A DNA stretch of 64,000 nt. It comes from Alphaproteobacteria bacterium. Lineage in GTDB: Bacteria > Pseudomonadota > Alphaproteobacteria > UBA7985. The notes beneath the pieces were generated by a model. That model worked only from the letters and a program-made list of their open reading frames with translations, searched no databases and was not told the DNA's origin. The stretch is from positions 770,529 through 834,528 of the forward strand of contig OZ245893.1 in the NCBI GenBank assembly GCA_965229645.1. The letters are read 5' to 3'. Both the position numbers and the translations under genes were made by a program. Below are positions 1 to 9,161 of this stretch, one piece after another (position 1 is the first letter of the stretch; the number at the start of each line of letters is the position of its first letter).

Positions 1-640
1 AGGCGCCCAAATACGCGTCACTGTGCCCTTCTGACCTACGCGCGCCTCATCCTGAAACCAAACCTCAAGGGTTTTTTCGCGGGCGTAGTCAGGCAAAATA
101 TCCCTTATGATCTTTGAGAAGTTTTTTTTAGCGCCTCCTGGGCCTCTTTGTCGGTTTTGGGGTGTTCGGGCCGCACTGTCATACGCCGAAATCCCAGCTT
201 GTCCAAGTAGTTCCCCACTGTGCGCTCACTCACCTCGATCTTCATTTCTTGTTTGATCCGATCTGCTAAGTCTTTGCGTCGTCAACGTACAACGCATCGC
301 GCTCAACGTCAGGACCAGCCTTTACCCAAGCTGCAAGTTGGTCCATCTCAGATCCTTTGATGCGGGGCTTGGCTCCTGCGCCTTTGCGATCTTCCAAACC
401 CCCAACGCCTTCGTCATTATAGCGATGGATCCAATCACGTAGCGACTGTCGGTCCATGCCGCTACTTTCTGCTGCGTACTTACGAGACGCACCTTCCAAA
501 ACAAGTGCTATGGAAAGCAATCGCCCGCCAACTCGACCGTTCTTCGCCTTGCGTGCCAGCGCCCGCAAATCATCGGCACTCTTGTCAAGACGGGTAATGG
601 GAACCGCTGCACTCATATCAAACTCCTATTCAATGATCCC
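1..640 (-). mobile_element. IS630-family insertion sequence, truncated at the window edge; transposase split over two reading frames
   Basis: ORF 266..616 encodes an HTH-type transposase N-terminus. The reverse complement of 1..265 in another frame continues LADRIKQEMKIEVSERTVGNYLDKLGFRRMTVRPEHPKTDKEAQEALKKNF...WFQDEARVGQKGT, typical of the IS630/Tc1 transposase core. The element end and its IR were not located. Confidence 0.55.
266..616 (-). CDS. IS630-family transposase, N-terminal HTH part (orfA)
   Basis: GRLLSIALVLEGASRKYAAESSGMDRQSLRDWIHRYNDEGVGGLEDRKGAGAKPRI is a typical IS630 orfA; the downstream frame carries the catalytic part. Confidence 0.6.
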   Translation of the reverse strand: MSAAVPITRLDKSADDLRALARKAKNGRVGGRLLSIALVLEGASRKYAAESSGMDRQSLRDWIHRYNDEGVGGLEDRKGAGAKPRIKGSEMDQLAAWVKAGPDVERDALYVDDAKT

Positions 641-699
641 TGCATCGAATCAGAATTGGACCACCTTGGGAATCCCTAAAATTAAGAGTCGCTCATTCT

Positions 700-910
700 T
701 GCCGCTGGTATTATACCAGCGGCGAATGAAAATGACTCTTATGTTCGCTGGTATAAGGGCCGCGACTGCGGCCCCCGTAGCGGCCCCAAGAATAGCGCGA
801 AAGCGCCTCGGGGTATAAGCGAAGGCCCCGTCGGAGGCGAAACGCGAAGCGTTTCTGCCGTGAGACACAAAACGGACAAAAAAGTGTCAACTTTTTTGGC
901 CGTTGGTATT
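700..910 (-). repeat. MITE-like structured repeat, copy A (full length, reverse orientation)
   Basis: Near-identical to 25964..26160 and 52027..52285. Termini are ATACCAGCGGC / GCCGTTGGTAT. Internal hairpins include GAAACGC-ttc-GCGTTTC and GGGCCGC...GCGGCCC, plus a TTGACA hexamer. Confidence 0.75.
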
Positions 911-1107
911 ACCTCCTTCAAGTGTCCGCTCAGTTGAACGGGTGCCTAGCGAGCTAAATCGTCAGCACCAGAGCGCCTACAGCAGACGCTTACGAAAATA
1001 CAGAATTGCAAATTCAGTACTTATAAAGAACTAGTGACCAAGTTGGAGCGCAGCCTGCGTGGCGCCTGAACACCGTAAAAGGCTGATTGCTAATGACCCT
1101 TGGTTTC

Positions 1108-1239
1108 ATACCAGCCGCGGTAGCTTTTGACTCGTAAAAATGCTTGGAAACCTGGAACTTTTTCGCCAATGACAAACAGCGTATCACGTCAATCACACAA
1201 AGAAATTGGATACGCGTCAATTGATCCCGCCGTTGGTAT
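1108..1239. repeat. Divergent miniature copy of the MITE-like element
   Basis: Begins ATACCAGCCGCGG-tagc-TTTTGAC and ends CCGCCGTTGGTAT, i.e. the same inverted termini and TTGAC box as copies A/B/C, with a different interior. Confidence 0.4.
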
Positions 1240-1328
1240 CAGTCACTCTCAAACAGCGGAAAAGCGTCCCCATCTTGGGACCTTTGCGACGATGCCATCC
1301 CCGCCATCGACAGGATCGCCTAGGTCAA

Positions 1329-1418
1329 TGGCGGAGGGACAGGGATTCGAACCCTGGAAGGGCGTTAACCCTTGCCGGTTTTCAAGACCGGTGCATTCAA
1401 CCGCTCTGCCATCCCTCC
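1329..1418 (-). tRNA. tRNA-Ser (anticodon UGA), class II with long variable arm, CCA encoded
   Basis: Reverse complement reads GGAGGGATGGCAGAGCGGTTGAATGCACCGGTCTTGAAAACCGGCAAGGGTTAACGCCCTTCCAGGGTTCGAATCCCTGTCCCTCCGCCA. Anticodon stem CCGGT/ACCGG, loop CTTGAAA, T-loop GGTTCGAATCC. Confidence 0.85.
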
Positions 1419-1495
1419 GACACGCAAGGCGACTACCCCCAAGCCCCCGACCTGACAAGCGAAAAATCTGCTGGTCTTCGCGAGCGCGATGCGGT

Positions 1496-3922
1496 CTAGC
1501 TGCGCATCCGCGCGCCGTTGTGGTCGAACAAGGCGGTGCGTTGCGGGGTTGCGGCGTAGGTTTTGCCCAGAATTTCGACCGACCAACCCGTTTCCCGATC
1601 CGCCATTTCTTTGGGGACGTAGCCCATAGCGACTGAGACGGATGAAGTATGGGCATAACCACCCGATGTGACCCAACCGACGCACACATCGTTGAGCATG
1701 AGGGGCTCGTCGCCGATCACGTCGGCCTTGTTTGCTGCTACCGTGAAGGTCACCAAGCGATAGGCTGTGCCCCCTGCTGCCTTCTGTTCGACTGCGGCTT
1801 GCTTGCCGATAAAATCCGCGGATTTTTTCACGGCGACAAATCGACCAAGTCCGCATTCGTAGGCATCGTAAATCGGGCGGTACTCGCGCGCCCAGCTGCC
1901 GAAGGATTTTTCAAGCCGCAAGGCGTTGAGCGCCCGCAACCCAAAAGGTTTCAGGCCTAAGTCCTGACCCGCGACCATCAGCGCCTCCCATATGTGCAGT
2001 TGATCGTGCGGTTCCATCCATAACTCGTAGCCCAGATCGCCCGTAAAAGAGACACGGCCCACCAACGCCTGAGACAGGCCAAGGGTCATGGGGCGCAAAT
2101 CCATAAACTTCATCGCGTCCGCGCTGACGTCCGCGCGCGTAATTCGTTGCAGCAGATCGCGCGACTTGGGACCCGCAATCGACAAGCCGACCTTGCGCGG
2201 ACCGTAGGCCGTGATCCGCACATCAAAACCCTCGGCCTGCTGGTCGAACCAACGCCGATGATAGTCTTCGGCGACGCCCGACCCGATCAGCAGGTATTGC
2301 CCCGCAACAGGTTGGCCAAGGGAGAAATCCCCAATCACGCGCCCATCGTGTTTCAGCATGGGAGCGAGCGTCATGCGCCCGACGCCAGGGAGGCGGCAGG
2401 CGAGCAAGCGGTCGAGGTAAGCCGCCGCGTCGGGTCCCTCGATCCCGTACTTGGCGAAACCTGAGGTTTCGATCAGCCCGACCTTGTCGCGTACATTCTG
2501 CGCCTCGGCCGCCACATGGTCAAAGTCGGTCGAGCGATACCAGGAAAATTCATCCTGAACGCCTGCGGGGGCGTACCAGAGCGGCACCTCCAACCCATAG
2601 GAGGCCCCCATTTGCGCACCGAGTGCGCGTTGACGGTCATAGACGGGCGTGGTGCGCAAGGGCCGGGCGGCGGGCAGTTCCTCGTTCGGGAAGCGAATGG
2701 AAAAACGGCGCGAATAGTTTTCCCGCACTTTGGCGTTGGTATAGGCCAAGGTGGCAAAGTCGCCAAAGCGCGACACGTCCATGGCGAACACGTCAAATCC
2801 TGGATCGCCCTCGATCATCCAGTTCGCGAGCGCAAGGCCGACGCCGCCGCCCTGGCTAAAGCCCGCCATGACCCCGCACGCCATCCACAAGCCCCGCTTG
2901 CCCCGTATTGGGCCGACCAAGGGATTGCCGTCGGGGGCAAAGGTGAAGGGACCATTGATAATTTGCTTGATCCCCGTGTTCTGAAACGCGGGAAAGTGGG
3001 TGAAGCCGACCTCGAGTTCTTGCGTAATCCGATCCAAGTCGGGCTCGAGAAGTTCCTTCGAGAAGTCCCAACTGGTTTCGTAAGGCATCCAAGGGCGGCA
3101 GTCTTTCTCATAGGTGCCCATCAACATGCCGCCGCGTTCTTGGCGCAGATACAGCTCGCCATCGAAGTCCACCGCGTGCAGCATTTCTTTGCCTGTCTTG
3201 GCATTGAACTCCGCGACCTCGGGCATGTCTTCGGTAATGAGATACATGTGTTCCATGGCCAGAACTGGCAGCTCCAACCCTACCATGCGCCCAACCTCGC
3301 GCGCCCACAGTCCGCCCGCGTTCACGACGTGTTCGGCAATCAAGTCCCCCACGCTCGTATGAATTTTCCAGGTCTGGTCGGGCAATTGCTCAATAGCCTC
3401 GACCTTGGTCTGCTGATAGATTTCGGCGCCGTTCTTGCGCGCCGATTTGGCGTAGGCGTGCGTTGTGCCATAGGGATCGAGGTGTCCCTCAATTTCGTCG
3501 TAGAGCGCACCGACAAACTGATCGGGGTCGAGCAACGGCATGAGATCGTGGGCCTCTTTGGGCGTGATAATATGCGCCTTAAGGCCCAGGTACTTGCCCT
3601 TGCCCGCGATCGACTTGAGCCAATCGAACCGCGCTTCGGTGGCCGCCAGCATGACCCCACCCGTCATATGCAGGCCGATGTCTTGGCCGCTGGCCTCCTT
3701 GATTTCCTGGTAAAGGTCCACCGTATATTTTTGCAGCTTGGCCACATTGGGGTCACCGTTGATGGTGTGCATGCCGCCCGCCGCATGCCAGGTGGACCCT
3801 GCCGTTAGTTCGGCGCGCTCCAGCAAGACCACATCTGTCCAGCCAAACTTGGTCAGGTGGTATAGTACCGAGGCACCGACAACGCCGCCGCCAATGACCG
3901 CGACTTTCGCATGTGACTTCAT
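1496..3922 (-). CDS. dmgdh: Dimethylglycine/sarcosine dehydrogenase family protein (FAD oxidoreductase N-domain plus GcvT-like folate-binding C-domain)
   Basis: 808 aa. N-terminal VAVIGGGVVGASVLYHL dinucleotide fold. Long C-terminal aminomethyltransferase-like domain typical of DMGDH/SarDH. Confidence 0.75.
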   Translation of the reverse strand: MKSHAKVAVIGGGVVGASVLYHLTKFGWTDVVLLERAELTAGSTWHAAGGMHTINGDPNVAKLQKYTVDLYQEIKEASGQDIGLHMTGGVMLAATEARFDWLKSIAGKGKYLGLKAHIITPKEAHDLMPLLDPDQFVGALYDEIEGHLDPYGTTHAYAKSARKNGAEIYQQTKVEAIEQLPDQTWKIHTSVGDLIAEHVVNAGGLWAREVGRMVGLELPVLAMEHMYLITEDMPEVAEFNAKTGKEMLHAVDFDGELYLRQERGGMLMGTYEKDCRPWMPYETSWDFSKELLEPDLDRITQELEVGFTHFPAFQNTGIKQIINGPFTFAPDGNPLVGPIRGKRGLWMACGVMAGFSQGGGVGLALANWMIEGDPGFDVFAMDVSRFGDFATLAYTNAKVRENYSRRFSIRFPNEELPAARPLRTTPVYDRQRALGAQMGASYGLEVPLWYAPAGVQDEFSWYRSTDFDHVAAEAQNVRDKVGLIETSGFAKYGIEGPDAAAYLDRLLACRLPGVGRMTLAPMLKHDGRVIGDFSLGQPVAGQYLLIGSGVAEDYHRRWFDQQAEGFDVRITAYGPRKVGLSIAGPKSRDLLQRITRADVSADAMKFMDLRPMTLGLSQALVGRVSFTGDLGYELWMEPHDQLHIWEALMVAGQDLGLKPFGLRALNALRLEKSFGSWAREYRPIYDAYECGLGRFVAVKKSADFIGKQAAVEQKAAGGTAYRLVTFTVAANKADVIGDEPLMLNDVCVGWVTSGGYAHTSSVSVAMGYVPKEMADRETGWSVEILGKTYAATPQRTALFDHNGARMRS

Positions 3923-4155
3923 TCTTCTCTTCCTTGAGACTTGAGCTGTTGATGATAGGCCGCCGCCTCGGGCATACCTGCCTCAAGGGCGAAGACGTAG
4001 GCGTGGGTTAAATAGAAGGCCGCGCGCTCAGGGTCGCTGCCATAGTGCGCGGCGGCTTGGGCATAGAGCCTGGCGAGTTCCGGGCCTTGCCCATGCTCGT
4101 GGGCGGCCAGTAACCGCGCCTCGAGGTCCTTCACACCATGCGTTCTGCCACCCAT
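3919..4155 (-). CDS. Small hypothetical protein (78 aa) filling the Rieske-DMGDH gap
   Basis: Its stop overlaps the DMGDH start (ATGA at 3919-3922) and its start overlaps the Rieske gene end. No recognisable domain. Could be a spurious high-GC ORF. Confidence 0.3.
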   Translation of the reverse strand: MGGRTHGVKDLEARLLAAHEHGQGPELARLYAQAAAHYGSDPERAAFYLTHAYVFALEAGMPEAAAYHQQLKSQGREE

Positions 4156-5267
4156 TGGTGGAACAGGTGCGTCGGGCCGTCCATGGCCGGAGAAAACTTG
4201 CCCCCGTCGAAGTGAATGCCATAACGGCCCTTCTGCATGCCCTCGACGACAAAAATGTCTTCCTTAAACACCTCTTTCCACATGGCAGCGTTCTTCGCGC
4301 GCAGCTCATCGTAGGCGGTGCTGGTCATGTCGGGGCTGGCATAATAGAGCTCAATGTGCTCACGCGTTTGGTCTTGACCTAAGGGTTCCAAAATGATGGC
4401 GAAGGCATGATCCCGATGAACGCCGAATAGAACATTGGGCGCGACCGTGATATACTCCGCGGCCTTGTCCCAGTGGCCGCTAAGCCCCGCGAAGTCTTGG
4501 AACCGCCTGCCGTCGTCCGACAGCATGGGGCTATAAACCAAAGTACCCTGCCCCGAAAACTTGCCAGGCTGCTCAATGTTGTAGTGATCCTCCAAACGCG
4601 AGTAGGAGTTCAACCCAGGATGCACCCAGGGCAGGTGGTAGGACTCGCAGTAGTTCTCAGCCGCCAATTTCCAATTGCAATCGACGTTGAGCTTAAAAGA
4701 ACTCTCGGCACCGCCGTGGTAAAGCGGTTGCTCGAATTCAGCCCAACGCTGAATCAGGTCCCTATGCATTTGGTCAAATGGTTCCGCGTCGCCGCTCACA
4801 TTAACGAAAATCACATCGCGCCACACATGGGCTCGGATCGACGTTAGGCCGAGTTCCGAGCGGTCCATGTCGGGATGCGTATTCTGGCCAGGGCCGCCGA
4901 CGTGCGGGGTTGTTTTGAGATCGCCTTGCAAGGAATAGCACCAGGAGTGGTAGGGACACCGAATCACCCCGCGCACATTTTTGGGTTCCTCCACCAGAAT
5001 CATCCCCCGATGGCGGCAGGTATTCTGAAACACCCCGATCTCCCCCGCCTGATCGCGCACCGTAAGCAGGGGCATCCCTAGGAGCGAGACGGGTTTTACA
5101 TCGCCCGCCTCGGGAATATCTTTGCCAAAGGCGATGGCGGTCCAGCCCGCAAAGAATATTTTCTCGCGTTCGGCCCCAAACACCGACGGGTCAGTGTAGA
5201 ATTGGTTGGGCAAGCCCTTGGCTTGCGCGACAGGTTGTTGGACGAGAGACAAATCAAGCATAGGCAT
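4131..5267 (-). CDS. Rieske [2Fe-2S] non-heme iron oxygenase alpha subunit (GbcA/CntA/Stc2-like quaternary-amine demethylase family)
   Basis: Rieske motif CRHRG...CPYHSW. C-terminal catalytic domain with conserved His/Asp residues. Sits in an operon with a DMGDH-family gene. Confidence 0.7.
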   Translation of the reverse strand: MPMLDLSLVQQPVAQAKGLPNQFYTDPSVFGAEREKIFFAGWTAIAFGKDIPEAGDVKPVSLLGMPLLTVRDQAGEIGVFQNTCRHRGMILVEEPKNVRGVIRCPYHSWCYSLQGDLKTTPHVGGPGQNTHPDMDRSELGLTSIRAHVWRDVIFVNVSGDAEPFDQMHRDLIQRWAEFEQPLYHGGAESSFKLNVDCNWKLAAENYCESYHLPWVHPGLNSYSRLEDHYNIEQPGKFSGQGTLVYSPMLSDDGRRFQDFAGLSGHWDKAAEYITVAPNVLFGVHRDHAFAIILEPLGQDQTREHIELYYASPDMTSTAYDELRAKNAAMWKEVFKEDIFVVEGMQKGRYGIHFDGGKFSPAMDGPTHLFHQWVAERMV

Positions 5268-5320
5268 GACTTACCGCCTCTCCCCTCAAAAAACAGCCCC
5301 TTTGCGGCATGATTGCAATG

Positions 5321-6340
5321 CTACAGCGACTCCCCCGCGAGTTGCCGCATTCGTTCGAACACGCACAGTCCCTGCACGCTGAGATAGTGGGGGATATCGA
5401 TAAAGACCCAATTTTCCGCCAGCTTGTCGCCCTCGCGGCGATAGACGTCAACAACCCGCATGGGCGCCGCAGTTGGGTTCCCAACCATCCCTAAGAAACC
5501 GCCCGCATTCTTGTTGTTCAGATTTGGCCACCCAAAAAAGGCGCCAAAGGTCCCCTCTGCGATCCGCGCCACATGGCCATTAAATTGCTTGTCATAGAGA
5601 TTAAGGCGAAAGGGGTATTGGTGCTGTTGCTGATAGCGGGGGATGGTTCGTGTCGCGCCGATCCCGCACGGCCCGTACCAGGACATGTGTTCCGCCCAAT
5701 GCTTGCGCAACAAATCGGCTGGAAAAGGCACCGCATCGTCGAGGTTCGCCGCGCCCAAGTGGGTCGTCATCTCGTTGATCAAACGCAAGGTTCGTTGCCC
5801 CTCGGCCACTGGCTGTGCCTGCAACAACCGCCCTGTCCCCCCCTTGGGGCCTGGGTAGGTGAACCAACGTCCCGTCATGGGCGGTAAGGGATAGGCGCCG
5901 CAATCGTGCATCAACCCAATCAAATCAACCCAGAGCGCCGACTCAGCGATCCTGTCCTCTGTTACGCGGTGAAACTCGGCATAGCGCAGAAACGTCAAGC
6001 GACCCGTAGGGGGAATGCCTATGAGTGGCCGATCGTATAGACCTGCAAAATGTCCCATGGAGCAGGTCCAGACTTGCCCCGCTGTGCCCTGTTCACTTTC
6101 ACTTAGGCCCGCAAAGAATAGATCTTCGCGCCGCTCAAAGCCCCCAAAAGACTGCCGCAAAGGCCGCCAGAACGTGGCAACCGCTGCGGACGCGCAAGGG
6201 CATTCATAAAATGGCCGAACACCGCGCCAGCTATAGTGCGTGGACGCAAAGGCATGATGCACATCTTCCAAGTCTGTCGAGGTATCGAGACTTGTGGTGA
6301 AACGTTGAACCAGGTCCTTCGCGCTTTGAAGGTCCGTCAT
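5321..6340 (-). CDS. Tandem SnoaL-like/NTF2-like domain protein (ester-cyclase-like), function unknown
   Basis: 339 aa, two NTF2-like halves. Start ATG overlaps the stop of the upstream low-GC gene (ATGA at 6337-6340). Confidence 0.45.
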   Translation of the reverse strand: MTDLQSAKDLVQRFTTSLDTSTDLEDVHHAFASTHYSWRGVRPFYECPCASAAVATFWRPLRQSFGGFERREDLFFAGLSESEQGTAGQVWTCSMGHFAGLYDRPLIGIPPTGRLTFLRYAEFHRVTEDRIAESALWVDLIGLMHDCGAYPLPPMTGRWFTYPGPKGGTGRLLQAQPVAEGQRTLRLINEMTTHLGAANLDDAVPFPADLLRKHWAEHMSWYGPCGIGATRTIPRYQQQHQYPFRLNLYDKQFNGHVARIAEGTFGAFFGWPNLNNKNAGGFLGMVGNPTAAPMRVVDVYRREGDKLAENWVFIDIPHYLSVQGLCVFERMRQLAGESL

Positions 6341-7902
6341 GGCGAGCGCCCCTGGGACGCCTCGGCAAGAGACACAGTGCTCTGAACGGGTCTCGACTGC
6401 AAATAGTTGCGATACTCTTGTTGCGCAATTTCGATAAACTTGGGCTCAATTCGCAACAAATCGTTCTTAATAAAGGGCATGCCATGCAGCTTGGTATGGA
6501 CAAAGGTCGCCTCCCTCGTCGTGACGGTAAGATTCAAGAACTTCTTGAGCCATCGTCGAATAATCTTTGAATGCTCGTGAACCAATCTTGGGTTGTCCAT
6601 GATGAGTTTTCTTATACTCCAATTCAACTCAAACCAGGGAGTAGATCGAGGAATCATCAGAAGAGATTTTACAATCTCAAAAACCTCATCCGCTTTAGCT
6701 TCATCCAACTTCAACTTTTCTCTATTGAAAAGAGACCTATACGAGAGCCCCGCATTTCTTATCGATTTTGATAGTTCCTTTTCTCCAAGATATATGACTT
6801 CTGATTTTCTGGAATAGTAACCTAATTCCCTCCAGTAGTCTCGGAAGAACTTACTCCCAATTACCTTATCCTTACACAAAACGAGAAATGCACCCAGGTG
6901 AAAATTATCTTGGGTTGGAATATGGGTATTCTCCACAGCACCTGCAAAATCGCAGTCTAGGCTATTCAGTCGATCATACAAGTCGCTTAAAGCGCCTTCG
7001 TAAAGAAAGGTCTGCGAATCATTCGTAAGTAAGATTTTTGCTGGCTTTGCCTTCTGATCCAAAACCATCTCCATTGCGTCCTTATAGGCACCAAAATCAA
7101 TACCCAAATTGGGGCGCACTGCATAGTGAAAACTCTTGCTGCACAGATCGCATGGCAACGAGGGTTTCCGAAAAAGGCTATAGACAAAAGCAGAAAATCC
7201 AACATTGTGGATCAAAACAAACTGAACGTTGCGTTCAGATAAGCGTTTACACTCGGCCAAGAACACGGACTTATTTCCAATATCTCCGTGCAGGACAGCA
7301 ACCGCGATCATACTATCGGGTCCGATCTCATACCCCTTAGGACTAGAAACAACTGTTGACCCAAACAAGCCGAGTGCATATTTTATGATGCTGAATAGCA
7401 TCCCATAAATGAAGATCGACAGCGCGCGCAGATAGTTGGTTGTAAACAACTTTTTAAGGGCGCGCAATACCTCTCTAACAGGCCTATTTCTTTCCGAGAC
7501 ATAGGTGAGCTGTTCTATGATCCATCTCCATCCTGCCAGGGCCTTGGGTTTTTTGTCAAAGTTCCCAAATTCCAATGTCTGTTCTACATATGGTCTGAAC
7601 CGTCGATTTCCTGCCAACCGACTCGGATCATCCCAAAGGGAATTCTCAAAATCACTCTCTTGCATTCCCTTCGCAGTTCGTCCTTTACCGATTCCATCGA
7701 CCTCACCAAATCGCCCGATCTCAGAGCCTTGCATGTTTTCATTTAACCTTTTCTCATCTGCGAGCTCTTCGGAGGCGCCCTTAAGTTCTTCAAAAGTCGA
7801 TACGAACACATCGGAACTGCTCTTTATGGCGTTACGAGTTTGATAAAGACTTCGGTTTACTTTCAACCTCAGTTTATATTTCGCATATAGACCCAAAATC
7901 AT
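6337..7902 (-). CDS. Low-GC hypothetical protein, weak resemblance to RgpF-type (rhamnan synthesis F) polysaccharide biosynthesis proteins
   Basis: 521 aa. AT-rich codon usage in strong contrast to neighbouring genes. No DXD motif or other catalytic motif identified. Confidence 0.35.
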   Translation of the reverse strand: MILGLYAKYKLRLKVNRSLYQTRNAIKSSSDVFVSTFEELKGASEELADEKRLNENMQGSEIGRFGEVDGIGKGRTAKGMQESDFENSLWDDPSRLAGNRRFRPYVEQTLEFGNFDKKPKALAGWRWIIEQLTYVSERNRPVREVLRALKKLFTTNYLRALSIFIYGMLFSIIKYALGLFGSTVVSSPKGYEIGPDSMIAVAVLHGDIGNKSVFLAECKRLSERNVQFVLIHNVGFSAFVYSLFRKPSLPCDLCSKSFHYAVRPNLGIDFGAYKDAMEMVLDQKAKPAKILLTNDSQTFLYEGALSDLYDRLNSLDCDFAGAVENTHIPTQDNFHLGAFLVLCKDKVIGSKFFRDYWRELGYYSRKSEVIYLGEKELSKSIRNAGLSYRSLFNREKLKLDEAKADEVFEIVKSLLMIPRSTPWFELNWSIRKLIMDNPRLVHEHSKIIRRWLKKFLNLTVTTREATFVHTKLHGMPFIKNDLLRIEPKFIEIAQQEYRNYLQSRPVQSTVSLAEASQGRSP

Positions 7903-7984
7903 TTAATTATACCAACGCAAAGATACACTGATTCATTGACCAACCTGCGTCCAAGGACCAAACCTGAGGAGTGATGCCCCCACC

Positions 7985-8100
7985 AGTGTTCATCCTGCGC
8001 ACTGCGAAGCGAAGTCGCAGGATCCAGCACTCATCGGTTTCATGAAGTACAGACGGCATGAACCTTATACCAACGACTAAAAAAGTTGACACTTTTGTGG
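7985..8100. repeat. Junction with fragments of both repeat families (195-bp palindromic family fragment at ~7993-8040; MITE 5' end at 8067-8100)
   Basis: GCGAAGCGAAGTCGCAGGATCCAGCAC matches the inter-core segment of the tandem arrays at 44757-44810. ATACCAACGACTAAAAAAGTTGACACTTTTGTGGCCC matches the MITE 5' end. Confidence 0.5.
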
Positions 8101-8284
8101 CCCTTGGTGTCATGTGTTTACAAGTCCGAAGCACGTCAAAGCAGACCTTATGCGTTCCTCTCATTCTTTTGGTGTTCGTCAACCAAGTTCTATCAACACA
8201 AAGTAAAGAAACCAACGCGATCAAGAGTCAAATCGCATGAAGAGGACAGGAATTTTATTGGGGCGCAAGCAACGTATCGACACG

Positions 8285-9067
8285 CTAAGAACGATAAACC
8301 TGACTCGCGCCCGCGTTACTGGCACGTTTTCTGATGAGATCAAGGACCGCCGCATCCCGCTCTTGACCTTTTGCTGGCGCGAATAGAGCCTTGCCTCGGT
8401 TTTCCTCACCATCGGGAGGAACCGTCAAGTAATAGATCGCGATAGACTTGCGGCATTGACCCTCGGGCCCGTTCACGGGCCCAACAAGACCATGCCAACT
8501 ATTTTGGGTCGTATCAAACAAAACAGCTCGGTTGAACTTTGGAACAATGACTTCAATGAGGTCTTCGGGAGTCTTCTTTTTTGCTTTGGCTGACCAGAAC
8601 CCCAACTCACCTCCCCACGTATCTTGCCATTGGGCGTTCATATAGACAATTAGGTTCAGCTTTCGCTGCAAGCCCAACTTGGGATGGATGTTGTAATCAA
8701 GATGCTGGTTCAGCTTGCCCCCGCGCGCATGAATATGCCATCCACCGCCGTTCAATCCAGGGTCCGGAAATAAGGGAGAAATTCCCGTGAACGTCTCAAG
8801 ACAGGTAAGGAACCCAGGTGAGTTTAAGTAAGCGAATAGGGCATAGGTGAGCGGCGTAAACTCATTGTAATCGTTGCATGTCTTTTTAATTTCAATCGCA
8901 TTCCGATACTCGTGCCAAACTGGAGACTGAAATTCTGGAAATTCCTCACTTAAGGAACTGGCGACTTTAGGGTCGAAGAAATCGTCGAGAACAATGTGAT
9001 CAAAAGGCTTGCGATGCTGAAACTGATCAGGGGTAAAGGCGCGGATACCGTACTTGAGTTCCATCAC
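8285..9067 (-). CDS. 2-oxoglutarate/Fe(II)-dependent oxygenase superfamily protein (low GC)
   Basis: HxD...H facial triad (QHLDYNIH ... SWHGLV) and the basic RKS motif near the C-terminus. AT-rich. Confidence 0.6.
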   Translation of the reverse strand: MMELKYGIRAFTPDQFQHRKPFDHIVLDDFFDPKVASSLSEEFPEFQSPVWHEYRNAIEIKKTCNDYNEFTPLTYALFAYLNSPGFLTCLETFTGISPLFPDPGLNGGGWHIHARGGKLNQHLDYNIHPKLGLQRKLNLIVYMNAQWQDTWGGELGFWSAKAKKKTPEDLIEVIVPKFNRAVLFDTTQNSWHGLVGPVNGPEGQCRKSIAIYYLTVPPDGEENRGKALFAPAKGQERDAAVLDLIRKRASNAGASQVYRS

Positions 9068-9161
9068 AGTGCTCCAATTAAACCTGCGTGTCGTTCCCGT
9101 GTGTTCTTTGGATCAGCAAGGCGTGCGAGGGGTGGTGTTCCCCTTCGCACGACCAAGTTGT

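Noticed and set aside
2516-3808. Long antisense or out-of-frame ORFs inside high-GC genes (e.g. 2516..3808, 11041..11814, 12144..12860, 29818..30762, 36464..37426, 37535..38668, 53413..54225)
   Set aside because: They lie wholly within well-supported genes on the other strand or frame. Such ORFs are typical of high-GC DNA and have no motifs.
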